Shown in pieces: positions 9,745 to 19,638 of a stretch of 64,000 nucleotides of DNA. The first letter of the stretch is position 1. Every line of letters begins with the position of its first letter. The stretch lies in the NCBI GenBank assembly GCA_964518475.1, contig CAZFGR010000003.1, positions 40,503-104,502 of the forward strand. The letters are read 5' to 3'. Source of the DNA: an uncultured Nitrososphaerota archaeon. GTDB taxonomy: Archaea > Asgardarchaeota > Njordarchaeia > Njordarchaeales > Njordarchaeaceae. The notes under the pieces are model-generated. The model was not told the DNA's origin. It ran no database searches and saw only the letters and a list, made by a program, of their open reading frames with translations. The position numbers and the translations under genes are program-made.

Positions 9745-10587
9745 GTGGAAATTAAGTTAATAGCGAGACCTAACAAGCTTTATGTAGAATTTTTCATGAA
9801 TGATGTAGAAGTTCACATCCTCAATGCTTTACGAAGAGCAATACTAACAGAGATACCCGTTCTCGCAATCCATGACGTCTTTGTTCATCTTAATACTAGT
9901 GCTCTATATGACGAAGAGCTTGCTCATAGATTAGCTCTTATACCACTTAAAGTGGACAAGAACGAATTAAATATTTTAGAGGATTGTGCTGATCTCGAGG
10001 GAGCATCTTTAGAAAAGTTAATAGAGTGCACTGCACGTTTAAGACTGCATAAGAAAGGTGAAGAAGGAAAAATAATAACAGTATATTCTGGAGATCTAGA
10101 GCCAATTGATAGAAAAAGTGTGAGACCAGTATATGATAACATTCCTATTGTTAAACTAGGACCAGGACAAGAAATAGAGCTTGAAGCGATAGCTAAAGTG
10201 GGTAAAGGAAAAGATCATGCAAAATGGATCCCTGTTTCTACTTTAGGATATAAACCAATACCAATATTAATCGCCACAGATGTCTGCGATGGATGTGGCA
10301 AATGTATCGAGGCATGCCCTAAAAACATACTAAAATTAAATGGTAGACCGCATTTAGAGGGAATAGGACTTTATCTGTGCGACTTAGACCGCATCTGCGT
10401 TAGAGCTTGCCCGAAAAGAGCATTGAAGCTAGAACCATCGGATTCTCAATACATCTTCCGGTTAGAAAGCGTGGGTCAATATACTCCAGAGGAAATAATT
10501 CTGAGTGCATTAGATATTCTTGATAAAAAATTCCTTAAATTCTTTAATGAGCTAAAGAAAGAAGTTTCAAAATTCAGAAAAGAATGA
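9745..10587 (+). CDS. rpoD: DNA-directed RNA polymerase subunit D (Rpo3) with a ferredoxin-like insertion
   Basis: NALRRAILTEIPVLAI, NTSALYDEELAHRLALIPL, IPIVKL, GKDHAKW; Cys motifs CDGCGKC..CP and CDLDRIC..CP. Confidence 0.96.
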   Translation: MEIKLIARPNKLYVEFFMNDVEVHILNALRRAILTEIPVLAIHDVFVHLNTSALYDEELAHRLALIPLKVDKNELNILEDCADLEGASLEKLIECTARLRLHKKGEEGKIITVYSGDLEPIDRKSVRPVYDNIPIVKLGPGQEIELEAIAKVGKGKDHAKWIPVSTLGYKPIPILIATDVCDGCGKCIEACPKNILKLNGRPHLEGIGLYLCDLDRICVRACPKRALKLEPSDSQYIFRLESVGQYTPEEIILSALDILDKKFLKFFNELKKEVSKFRKE

Positions 10588-11265
10588 TTTTTGCCTCCTT
10601 TCAGCCACATAACGGCCTCTTAGCATTATCTCCCTATACTTCTTAAGAGCGCTAGATGCTTTGCTAAAGGTTTTTCTATATCCATTTTCGAAAGCGGAGA
10701 AAAATTCTTCGTCATGATCGTAATGAGTACTTGCTAAAGATGATCTAAAAACCCTTAATTCTACACCGAATTCTTCAATAGAATTTGTTACGTCTCCTAG
10801 CCCAAAATCTATAAAGACAAGCTCGTCGTTCTCCGCGTTAACCAGTATAATATTTGATGTTGTTAAATCACCATGAACTATTGAGTTCTCATGTAGCATA
10901 CCTACAAATTCCCCGATTTTAAGAAAGAGTTCTAATGCTTTTTTATGAGGTATTTTTTGAGAAAGCAACGCGTCTCTCAGTAGCTCTCCCCTAATAAATT
11001 CCATTATAATAGAGCATTCTCGCAAATCAACTTCGTAAACAGTAGGGGCTGGAATACCAATTTTTTTAACGCTTCTTAATAACTTTGCTTCTCTCTTAGT
11101 TCTAGTCTTACGAATAACGGCATCTAACGTCTTAATTCTATAAGTTTTAGGTATACGCCACTTTTTAATGGCTGGTAAGCCATAGAATTCTCCGTAATAT
11201 ATGTAAGCCTCCGCTCCCTTTGCTATAAGTTTAAATGAATGCACGAGCTCTACCTCTCTAAGCAA
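10567..11265 (-). CDS. bud32: KEOPS complex kinase/ATPase Bud32
   Basis: KGAEA, RIPKTYR, RTKREA, HGDLTTSN, IDFGLG, RGRY. Confidence 0.95.
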   Translation of the reverse strand: MLREVELVHSFKLIAKGAEAYIYYGEFYGLPAIKKWRIPKTYRIKTLDAVIRKTRTKREAKLLRSVKKIGIPAPTVYEVDLRECSIIMEFIRGELLRDALLSQKIPHKKALELFLKIGEFVGMLHENSIVHGDLTTSNIILVNAENDELVFIDFGLGDVTNSIEEFGVELRVFRSSLASTHYDHDEEFFSAFENGYRKTFSKASSALKKYREIMLRGRYVAERRQKSFFSEF

Positions 11266-11533
11266 TCTATATTTTAGGATTTTAGATCTTTAACATCATA
11301 TTTCGTTAATGTATAACTCTTGTGCTTATTTTTATGAATTTATGAAGAATAAGATTGACATAAATGTACTGTTTAAAACAGTGATGAATTAAAGCTATAC
11401 TTAAATAGTTAATTGCGTGTAATGGTTAATATATAGCATACCATATTATTCAACACGTTTTAATCTCGTCTAGAATGTATGTCGGAAAAATAATAAAAAA
11501 TGTTGTTTATAATAGGCTATAGGGTGAATCTGT

Positions 11534-11845
11534 ATGAGAATTTATAGAGTTAAGGATCCTTATAGGGGAATATCTATATTTGATCCCTATACTGTAGCTG
11601 TTCTCTTAGCTCTCAGAGAGAGGGGAGAAGGAAACATCGGCGATATTAACAGAGCTGCTAGTAAATATGCGGAAATGCAACCGGCTACTACAACCAGAAA
11701 GCTAGAAGCACTGTATAGATATGGACTCGTTAAAATGATTAAGATTGAAAGAGCGAAAAACTGGATCGAGAAGAGATTTAAGCTTACGGATAAGGGCCAA
11801 AAAATCGCGGATGCCCTTGCAGAGGCTCTTCTCGGAGAACTATAG
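11534..11845 (+). CDS. Winged helix-turn-helix transcriptional regulator
   Basis: TTTRKLEALYRYGLV followed by a wing and FKLTDKGQKIA; GGTGA SD. Confidence 0.8.
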   Translation: MRIYRVKDPYRGISIFDPYTVAVLLALRERGEGNIGDINRAASKYAEMQPATTTRKLEALYRYGLVKMIKIERAKNWIEKRFKLTDKGQKIADALAEALLGEL

Positions 11846-12029
11846 TTCCATAAATCATTGCTAGAGAAAAACAAAAGCACAGTTATTGCTCAAACACCCC
11901 ATTACTTATGTTTTTTAGTTTAGAAGAGGGGAGGTTTCTCACTGTTTCTTAATGTTGCGTTTTTTAGATAAAGGATGAAGAGTCATATTTCATTGGGTTC
12001 TTAGCATTATTGAGGAGTGTGTTCTTGGC

Positions 12030-13346
12030 GTGCTTCTGATAAGGAAGGGAAGAATTCTTAAAGGGAAACACTGGATACGAGTTAACATCGTCATTAATGA
12101 AAGTGGAAAAATTGTGGACATATATAAATCTGATAATGTAAAACAGTTCTGGCTAGCAAAGGTAAATAATGTATACAATGCGAAGGAATTTCTGCTTCTC
12201 CCAGGCATCATAGATATGCATGTACATTTTAGAGAGCCTGGATTTGAATGGAAAGAGGATTTCTTAACAGGTAGCAAGTCAGCTATAGCCGGTGGAGTGA
12301 CAATAATTGCGGATATGCCAAATAACGATCCAAAAATAGATTCATTTGAGATGTTCAAAAGGAAATTTGATTTAATTAAAGACAAAAGTTATTGTGATTT
12401 CCTTCTCTATGTAGGGTTACCCAAGAATTCAATGGAATTGGAAAAATTTCTCAAGGTGAAAAATAGCTTCCCTTTACCAGCTGGTGTGAAAGTATATTTA
12501 TACAATGCAGAAGAGGAAGATATACTCATACAGGAAGATCTTCCCCGAGATTTCTTATACGTAATTCATGCAGAGGATCACAGATATTTGACCCCAATTT
12601 CCGATTGTGAAAGCTATTCTTCATTTGAAAAATCACGGCCTAGAGAAGCTGAAATTTCGGCTGTAAAGAAAATAATCGAGATTGCTAGAAAAAAACAGTT
12701 ACGTTTTCATATAGCGCATCTGAGTAGCTACGAGGCCTTAATAGAGATTATCAAAGCTAAAAGAGAGGGTATAAAAATAACAGCGGAAGTCACGCCTCAT
12801 CACCTCATATTAAACAAGGAATTAGGGGAGAAATTGAAAGGAGTAGCTAAATGTTACCCTCCACTAAGAACAGAGTTAGACAGGCGTATGCTTTGGAGAG
12901 GGGTTTTATCGGGATATATAGACGCTATCGCTAGTGATCACGCGCCTCACGCTGCAGGAGAAAAGCTAGTAAACCTATGTAAGGCATCGCCGGGTATAAA
13001 TGGGGTTCAGTTATTGTTACCCCTCATATATACTTTAATCAAAAAGACCCATGTACGAGATCTTGAGCCAATAATTAACGCCTTAACTAGAAACCCAGCG
13101 AAAATCTTAGGGCTGAAAAACAGGGGTAAAATAAAAATCGGTTTTTATGCTGACATTATCATTTTTAATCCAAGAAAAGAATGGAAAGTGACCTCTGAGG
13201 TACTCTTTAGTAAATCGTCAATAACACCATATGAAGGAATGCGAGTAAAGGGGTGGGTGAAAGCAACGTTTCTCCGGGGAAAATTAGTGTACGAAGACAT
13301 GACTTTTCTAAAGAAGATAGGAACATACGCTACCATATTGCAATAA
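12030..13346 (+). CDS. pyrC: Dihydroorotase (amidohydrolase superfamily)
   Basis: PGIIDMHVHFREPG, GGVT..DMPN, EVTPHHL, PPLR, SDHAPH. Confidence 0.85.
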   Translation: MLLIRKGRILKGKHWIRVNIVINESGKIVDIYKSDNVKQFWLAKVNNVYNAKEFLLLPGIIDMHVHFREPGFEWKEDFLTGSKSAIAGGVTIIADMPNNDPKIDSFEMFKRKFDLIKDKSYCDFLLYVGLPKNSMELEKFLKVKNSFPLPAGVKVYLYNAEEEDILIQEDLPRDFLYVIHAEDHRYLTPISDCESYSSFEKSRPREAEISAVKKIIEIARKKQLRFHIAHLSSYEALIEIIKAKREGIKITAEVTPHHLILNKELGEKLKGVAKCYPPLRTELDRRMLWRGVLSGYIDAIASDHAPHAAGEKLVNLCKASPGINGVQLLLPLIYTLIKKTHVRDLEPIINALTRNPAKILGLKNRGKIKIGFYADIIIFNPRKEWKVTSEVLFSKSSITPYEGMRVKGWVKATFLRGKLVYEDMTFLKKIGTYATILQ

Positions 13347-13506
13347 TTGCCTAGAAATAGTGATTGTATCGAAAATTCTTCCTCTTTCTTGTTTCTTAAA
13401 TAAACTAAAAGGACGATTACTTATGCTAGAGTATAATACTCTCTAGAAAGCTCTCGCTCATTTACTACGCAACAATAGCTTATACGGTAATTTCTGGTGA
13501 ACTTTC

Positions 13507-14850
13507 ATGAGTTTACTGAATTATTTAGAACGAGTAGAATTGAAGAGATTTCATTATCGGCTCCTAATAATAGCTTCTCTGACCTACATGTTAACAGCTA
13601 TGAATGTTCTCTTAATTTCTGGTGTATTGAAACGATTGGGGGTTGAATTAGCATTAAATCAAATACAGCTAAGCTATTTGCTGAGTAGTGGTTTCGTAGG
13701 CATGTTCTTCGGTGCCCTTCTCTTTGGACGCTTAGCAGACATTATAGGGAGAAAATGGGCCTTGATAATAACTATTACGATACATGGGGTATTCACAGCG
13801 TTATGCGGCACTACGCATGATTATGAATTATTACTTCTCTACAGATTTATAGCGGGGATAGGGCTAGGTGGTGCATTGCCGATTCCTGGAGTATACATAT
13901 CCGAGTATACGCCAGCAAAGTATCGGGGAACTTTCGTTGGCTTAGTTGAGACAGCATGGGTCTGGGGGGCAATCCTGAGTCTCTTGATCCCATTAGTGTT
14001 CATAGAGACTATTGACTGGGAAGGGGTACTTCTATGGGGCTTACTCGCCTTAATTTTGGTTCCCCTTATTGTCGTTTATTTGCCAGAATCAATAAGATAT
14101 TTAGAAGAGAAGGGTAGAATTGATAAGGCTATCCATATATTAAAGAAGTATAGCTTAGTAGTGGGAGAAGTAAAGGTTTCCCGGAGGCCGAGTAGTAAAG
14201 TTCGTTGGATAGAGCTTTTTCGTGGAGAATATGCGAAAAGAACGATTCTCCTAATGAGCCTATGGTTTATCTTAGTTTATACTTACTATGGAGTTTTCCT
14301 CTGGTTACCTAAGATATTAGCCGATAAGTATCCCCAGTATTCCCTACTAGTCGCTTTATCATGGAGTATTCTAATAATCGCTGCTCAAATTCCCGGATAT
14401 TATAGTGCAGCGTTTCTACTTGATAAATTAGGTAGAAAGAAAGTTCTTGCGGGTTACTTAATAGGAGCAGGTATAGGATCTATTATTGTGAGTATCGCTG
14501 ATTATTGGGAAATAGGTACTATCCGGATAGGAGCTTACAGCATAGGCTTATTACTTTCGGCAGGCTTCATCATAGTATCGTTCTTTAACCTAGGAGCTTG
14601 GTCAGGTCTATACACATATACACCAGAACTGTATCCAACAGACTATAGAGGTACTGGAGCGGGAATAGCAGCGGCAACGGGAAGAGTGGCGGGTATTATA
14701 GCACCTGTGGTCACGGGATTATTACAAATGGGCGGTAGCCTTGTAGCAGCGTACCTAGTATTCTTCTTCATGCATCTAATTGGAGGATTACTTGTGATAA
14801 TGATCGGACCAGAAACGAAAGGTTTAAGGCTAGAAGATATCTCGAAATAA
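13507..14850 (+). CDS. MFS transporter (NiaP/SV2-like)
   Basis: About 12 hydrophobic segments; motif A GRLADIIGRK; YTPELYPT..RGTG; PETKG. Confidence 0.92.
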   Translation: MSLLNYLERVELKRFHYRLLIIASLTYMLTAMNVLLISGVLKRLGVELALNQIQLSYLLSSGFVGMFFGALLFGRLADIIGRKWALIITITIHGVFTALCGTTHDYELLLLYRFIAGIGLGGALPIPGVYISEYTPAKYRGTFVGLVETAWVWGAILSLLIPLVFIETIDWEGVLLWGLLALILVPLIVVYLPESIRYLEEKGRIDKAIHILKKYSLVVGEVKVSRRPSSKVRWIELFRGEYAKRTILLMSLWFILVYTYYGVFLWLPKILADKYPQYSLLVALSWSILIIAAQIPGYYSAAFLLDKLGRKKVLAGYLIGAGIGSIIVSIADYWEIGTIRIGAYSIGLLLSAGFIIVSFFNLGAWSGLYTYTPELYPTDYRGTGAGIAAATGRVAGIIAPVVTGLLQMGGSLVAAYLVFFFMHLIGGLLVIMIGPETKGLRLEDISK

Positions 14851-14865
14851 AAAGATGCTTGCTCG

Positions 14866-14923
14866 ATGATGAGAGACCGGGCACTTAGAAAGATATTTTC
14901 ATGCTGATGCTTGAAAGGGCTGA
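14866..14923 (+). ncRNA. C/D-box methylation guide sRNA candidate
   Basis: Intergenic. C box ATGATGA, 12-nt guide, degenerate D' box, C' box ATGCTGA, 12-nt guide TGCTTGAAAGGG, D box CTGA. Confidence 0.6.
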
Positions 14924-14995
14924 GATCTTTTGCAACAGAATTTTTTTATTTTCATAAGTCTTCTTTTTTCTTGCATGACTTATTGGTGAAAAAAG

Positions 14996-15700
14996 ATGTT
15001 TTCTCTAGACAGACCTACGAGTATCTTTGAAATTAGGTGGTGGGGTCACGCCTGTTTTAGTATCTACAACAAAGCTATAGGGTTAACTATAATTTTTGAC
15101 CCATTTAGAAGAGAGATTGGTAAATTCTCCCTTGAGGGATTGAAGGGAGATATTATTCTTTGTTCGCATGATCATTTCGATCACGCTAATTGGCAAAAAG
15201 TTGCCAAGTGGGATTCCCAACATTTCATAGGTCTTGTGGGAGATAGAAACGTTAAGGATGTAAAAATCCGTGGTATTCTGACTTACCATGACGATAAAAG
15301 AGGCAAAGAACGGGGTACAAACACTGTTTACGTAGTAGGATACGGAGATGGGGTCTTTGTTCACTTAGGAGATCTTGGTCATACGCTTTCTCAAGATCAT
15401 GTAGAAAGAATAAGAGTTTTTGGTAGGCCTCACGTACTCTTTATACCTATTGGGGGAGTTTTCACTATAGGACCTAAGGAAGCTGTAACCGTTATTAGAC
15501 AAGTAAATCCCCACATAGTTATTCCGATGCATTATTATAGTGAAAAATTAAACCAGAGAATTTTTGGAAAACTTCACCGGCTAGACGATTTTCTCAACGT
15601 GTGGGGTGGACCGGTAGAAAAAGTGGAGAATAATACATTTGAATTAAATATTAATGAAGTACCAGAGGAACCCACAGTATATGTACTACGCCAGCCTTAA
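14996..15700 (+). CDS. MBL-fold metallo-hydrolase
   Basis: WWGHACF, SHDHFDH, HLGDLGH, PIGG, IPMHY. Confidence 0.9.
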   Translation: MFSLDRPTSIFEIRWWGHACFSIYNKAIGLTIIFDPFRREIGKFSLEGLKGDIILCSHDHFDHANWQKVAKWDSQHFIGLVGDRNVKDVKIRGILTYHDDKRGKERGTNTVYVVGYGDGVFVHLGDLGHTLSQDHVERIRVFGRPHVLFIPIGGVFTIGPKEAVTVIRQVNPHIVIPMHYYSEKLNQRIFGKLHRLDDFLNVWGGPVEKVENNTFELNINEVPEEPTVYVLRQP

Positions 15701-15791
15701 AATCTCTTAGCGATAATCCTTTGATATGTGCTAAAAACTTCTAAAAATCTGGGATTTAACTGAAAATTTAGAGGTTTTTAGAGGGAGTTGC

Positions 15792-16361
15792 ATGCCTATT
15801 CATTATCAAGTAGAAACGTGGAGTAGCATCATTAAAAAAACTCTAAAATTATGTAAAAAAGTGGAAGAATCGGGATTTCGCCCAGATATTATTGTTTCTA
15901 TACTCCGTGGTGGTGCCGTTCCTGCAGCTATTTTTTCGGATTATTTCGGGGTAAAGGACATAGCACCTATTCGTATAGTTTTCTACAAAAGGGTTAGTGA
16001 GACCTCCGAACAACCCCAAATTGTACATCCTCTAACAATAGATGTTTCTGGAAAAAACGTCTTAATAGTTGACGATGTAGCAGATACTGGAAAAACTCTC
16101 AAACTAGCACTAGAGCACGTTAAATCAAAAAATGCCAAGGAGGTTAAGATAGCAACTATTCATCTAAAGCCATGGAGCATATTAGTTCCCGACTTCTTCA
16201 TCGAAACTACAGATAAATGGATCGTTTATCCTTGGGAGTACCATGAGTTCATAAAAGAAATGACGGAAAGATTAACCAAAGGTGAGCTGAAGGGAGAAGA
16301 TGCTGAGAGGGCTAAAGAAGCACTAAACGAGATAAAGGCAATATTAGCTGGTTTGATCTGA
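15792..16361 (+). CDS. Type I phosphoribosyltransferase (hypoxanthine/xanthine-guanine PRT-like)
   Basis: ILRGG, PRPP-binding loop VLIVDDVADTGKT, WIVYPWE. Confidence 0.9.
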   Translation: MPIHYQVETWSSIIKKTLKLCKKVEESGFRPDIIVSILRGGAVPAAIFSDYFGVKDIAPIRIVFYKRVSETSEQPQIVHPLTIDVSGKNVLIVDDVADTGKTLKLALEHVKSKNAKEVKIATIHLKPWSILVPDFFIETTDKWIVYPWEYHEFIKEMTERLTKGELKGEDAERAKEALNEIKAILAGLI

Positions 16362-17381
16362 TCCCCACGGAATGAAAACTCGGTCTATTCTCCATAGAGG
16401 TTTTACCAAACTCTCTTCTATTCTTAATGGCTTTCCGTACTTATAAGCTAAAACTGTAGTCCAAGCTATCATGGCGCCGTTATCTCCGTTCCATTTTTTA
16501 CTCCAATAAAACGTCACATTATGTTCTTTACATATATTTTCAAGCATTTCCCTTAGTCTTTTATTTGCTGCTACACCGCCTACAATCAGTAATTCTCTCT
16601 TTCTAGTATGGACTAAGGCTCTCTCTGTCACCTCTGTAAGCATGGCGAAAGCCACCTCCTGTATACTCCTACATAACGTATGTACCGGCACTCCCTTTCT
16701 TAAAAGCTTAATAGCTTGCGTGAGGATTCCAGAAAATGATAAATCTGTTCCCTTAACTATATAGGGAAGCTCGACGAAATCAGAAGACTCTCTAGCAAGT
16801 TTTTCACATAATGCTCCAGCAGGAGAGGGATAACCAGCAGCACGCATAAACATATCTATTAAGTTTCCTATCGATATATCTAATGTTTCTCCAAAAACGC
16901 GATAATATCCCTTCTCCAGTGCTACGATCATTGTATGACCGCCAGAAACAAGAACAACCAAGGGATCTTTCGCGCCAGTTAATTTCTTTCCTATCTCTAT
17001 ATGAGCAACACCGTGATGAATACCGAAGAGTGGGATATCTAAGTAACTAGCTATTGCGCGAGCTACTGTAGCACCAACGCGTAAGCAGGGACCGAGACCG
17101 GGGCCTTGAGAAAAGCCGATAGCCACTAGATCTCCTCCTCTTTCCTTGATATAATCGATCGCTTTTTTGAGGATCTCTGGAGCTACTTTTGAGTGATGTT
17201 CACTAGCTTCTCTAGGATGTATGCCACCTTTTTCTGGGATATATTGATGAGAAAAGTCCACAATGTCTGAACCATCTATAGAAGCCACACCCACACCAAA
17301 GGTATGTGCAGTAGCTTCTATTCCTAGCACATATTTCAAGAGTACAGCCACCTTTTTATCAGATTTCGGCGTTTTCTTCAT
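16344..17381 (-). CDS. kae1: KEOPS t6A synthase Kae1
   Basis: LGIEATAHTFG, GGIHP, GPGLGPCL, HHGVAHIE, SGGHT, GGVAAN, DNGAMIA. Confidence 0.97.
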   Translation of the reverse strand: MKKTPKSDKKVAVLLKYVLGIEATAHTFGVGVASIDGSDIVDFSHQYIPEKGGIHPREASEHHSKVAPEILKKAIDYIKERGGDLVAIGFSQGPGLGPCLRVGATVARAIASYLDIPLFGIHHGVAHIEIGKKLTGAKDPLVVLVSGGHTMIVALEKGYYRVFGETLDISIGNLIDMFMRAAGYPSPAGALCEKLARESSDFVELPYIVKGTDLSFSGILTQAIKLLRKGVPVHTLCRSIQEVAFAMLTEVTERALVHTRKRELLIVGGVAANKRLREMLENICKEHNVTFYWSKKWNGDNGAMIAWTTVLAYKYGKPLRIEESLVKPLWRIDRVFIPWGSDQTS

Positions 17382-18042
17382 TGGCTTCCTCAGCGACCAC
17401 TCCCTTCATCATCTCTTTTTGGTGCATGTAACCAATGATAGTTACTACTTCCTTAAATATTCCCCACATCTTCTCAAAACTATACTTTGTAGCTATATTA
17501 TTTACTTCGTGAAATAGTTCATTTATCGAAGCTAAAGTAGTTTCTCCTTTTAAAAACATATCAAGACGAACCGCAACTTCCCTTAACAAGGGGTGGACTT
17601 CGTTGAGATATTCTGGAAACAGTGGTAACTCTTCTTCTAGAACGTATTTCTTAGACAACCAGAGCGTTAAATACGAGATATATGCGTTATCCCACTCATG
17701 CCAGTTTAAAGCTTCTGTTTCAAATTTTTTTAAACAAGTGTCCAAGTATCCGTAACATTTCATCAGGTTCTCATCATCTTTAAACAACTTGTAAGTAACC
17801 AGTGCTGCGAACAACGGAAGAATGGCGGAGGAATGCTTGTTATGCTTTATCTCAAATTTTCCTATCTCAAAAAGCTGATCAGCTACGTAAATTAAATTAT
17901 CGCTTGGTTCTTCTCTGGAAGATAATTCCTCACAAAAGGTATCAAGTAGCTTTTTTCGTTTTTCATCGATTTTCTTTATTTCATCAATTCTATGGAGTAG
18001 TGATGAGATATCCCGTTTCTCATTTAATTGATTGTTTTTCAT
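17359..18042 (-). CDS. Hypothetical alpha-helical protein overlapping the start of kae1
   Basis: 227-aa ORF with GAGGTGA SD; no recognised motif. Confidence 0.7.
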   Translation of the reverse strand: MKNNQLNEKRDISSLLHRIDEIKKIDEKRKKLLDTFCEELSSREEPSDNLIYVADQLFEIGKFEIKHNKHSSAILPLFAALVTYKLFKDDENLMKCYGYLDTCLKKFETEALNWHEWDNAYISYLTLWLSKKYVLEEELPLFPEYLNEVHPLLREVAVRLDMFLKGETTLASINELFHEVNNIATKYSFEKMWGIFKEVVTIIGYMHQKEMMKGVVAEEANEENAEI

Positions 18043-18049
18043 GATATCA

Positions 18050-18103
18050 CCTCAGTTAACTTCGGGCTCATCATTTGATCAGCTAGGGTGTCCATCATCA
18101 CCA
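18050..18103 (-). ncRNA. C/D-box methylation guide sRNA
   Basis: Reverse complement: GTGATGA-TGGACACCCTAG-CTGA-TCAA-ATGATGA-GCCCGAAGTTAA-CTGA. All four boxes are canonical and both guides are 12 nt. Confidence 0.9.
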
Positions 18104-18250
18104 AGATTTTACTCCTAAGAATCTGCGAGTTCTCATAGTTATTAAAATAGCCGTGATAATTCATAATTTTACTTTTACTGAAGCGGAGGCTATATTTAGA
18201 AGAATGCTTTTTCTCAAGCAATGTAACAAAAAGGTTTTAAAGAGACGTTT

Positions 18251-18315
18251 TATCAGCCCCCGGATCCTTCATCATTTTTCTTGATTATCAGCGGAGTAAA
18301 CGAGTTTCATCACAA
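18251..18315 (-). ncRNA. C/D-box methylation guide sRNA
   Basis: Reverse complement: GTGATGA-AACTCGTTTACTCCG-CTGA-spacer-ATGATGA-AGGATCCGGGGG-CTGA. Confidence 0.85.
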
Positions 18316-18397
18316 AATAGAGTAGCTGAGTTTGGTGAAATTATATGCCGTTTCTATAGAAGTATATTTGATGCATAGTTTTATTTCCCTTATTTTC

Positions 18398-19471
18398 TTA
18401 CTTCCCCAGCAATCTTTGAGCATAATACTGAGCTACGAGCTCGAATCCCATAGCATTAGACATAACGGGATCATCCGGAATTATTATTTGATCAGGGCTT
18501 TTTACAAATCCACTACTTAGTAATGCTTCTTTTAGTTTAGGACCGAGGAAGTAAACTCCACCACCTACTAGGATGAAATATTTTATTAGTGCATCGGGGG
18601 GTAGTGAATCCATTAAGCGGCTCAACTCGTCCATTATTACTCTCGCCACGTACTCTGATAAAGCATTAACTTGAGGAGAGATATCGTATGAGGCACCACC
18701 TATGTTGACAACCATATTTCCTTTTTCGAGGGAAGCAATAAGTAACTCTGGCTTTATCATTCTACCCGTTTTTTCGTTTAGATACTGGGCCAGTTTTGTA
18801 ACAATAGTATCAACAGCTTCAACAATAGATCCACTGGCAGTTCTGAGTATCGTACCATTATATATTGTAAGAATATCTGTCGAACCATAGCCAATATCAA
18901 TTATTACGGAATCAATTGCTGTTCTCTCCCCTCTTCGCTTCAATACATAATACCAGGAACCATAAGGCTCCGGCATGACAGGAGCTGCAACAATTTTGGC
19001 TTTAATTATTTTCTTATCACCAGTAGCATCGTTTTTTATCCTTATTTCGTGAGTCCCTACTATGCTCTTGCTTAAGGCCTCCATTTCCCCTTGCCCAGTT
19101 GCCACGGGTACTCCAGTAGCGATAACAAAAGTTTCTTCTGGTCTCTCGGCTATTAGACCTAGTGCTGCTTTAACAGCAATTAAAGCATCACGAGCACTTT
19201 TCATACGTCCTTCTCGTGCTAGAGGAATCTTAACCATCGATTGCAACCGGGCTAGCTCTCCAACGTAGTATTCTTCACCATTTTCAAGTTCTATCACTAA
19301 ATTATTTTCCCAACTTTTGTCTGTTGTTATTCCTCGGAATCCTGGATTTGGTTCTCCAATCATGCTGGGAAACTTTAATCTCTTTGTACCAGCCGATATT
19401 TTTATTGAAGATGTGCCTAAGTCTATGCCAACTGTTCTGATCTTGCTAAACAAGCTCATAAATACCACCAC
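18398..19471 (-). CDS. Actin-fold ATPase, ParM/StbA/Ta0583-like
   Basis: Phosphate-1 GIDLGTSSIK, YYVGELA, TGVP, connect-1 MPEPYG, phosphate-2 IIDIGYGSTD, adenosine motif ILVGGG, connect-2 PVMSNAMGF. Probable start is ATG 19459. Confidence 0.9.
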   Translation of the reverse strand: MVVFMSLFSKIRTVGIDLGTSSIKISAGTKRLKFPSMIGEPNPGFRGITTDKSWENNLVIELENGEEYYVGELARLQSMVKIPLAREGRMKSARDALIAVKAALGLIAERPEETFVIATGVPVATGQGEMEALSKSIVGTHEIRIKNDATGDKKIIKAKIVAAPVMPEPYGSWYYVLKRRGERTAIDSVIIDIGYGSTDILTIYNGTILRTASGSIVEAVDTIVTKLAQYLNEKTGRMIKPELLIASLEKGNMVVNIGGASYDISPQVNALSEYVARVIMDELSRLMDSLPPDALIKYFILVGGGVYFLGPKLKEALLSSGFVKSPDQIIIPDDPVMSNAMGFELVAQYYAQRLLGK

Positions 19472-19590
19472 TCAGAAGTTTTATTCCTAAAAATTAACAT
19501 TTAAACATCCTTCCCTATAATATTAATGTTAATGCTTGGTTTCTTTTTCAATACAGAACATTACAGAAAGCTACGTTCCATCCTAACTTT

Positions 19591-19600
19591 ACACTAGTGT
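19591..19600. promoter_or_regulatory. Perfect 10-bp palindrome ACACTAGTGT in a divergent promoter region (candidate operator)
   Basis: Palindrome seen directly. A second inverted repeat, ATTAACATT (19493-19501) / AATGTTAAT (19525-19533), lies in the same spacer. Confidence 0.3.
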
Positions 19601-19638
19601 TAATCACTTAGCATACCTACTATGTGGGAGGGAGGACC

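Noticed and set aside
18039-18221. 60-aa ORF
   Set aside because: Overlaps a canonical C/D-box sRNA and has no protein features
18398-19471. Bona fide eukaryote-like (Loki)actin or crenactin
   Set aside because: Lacks actin-specific signatures such as DNGSG and the actin insertions; the motifs fit the ParM/StbA class
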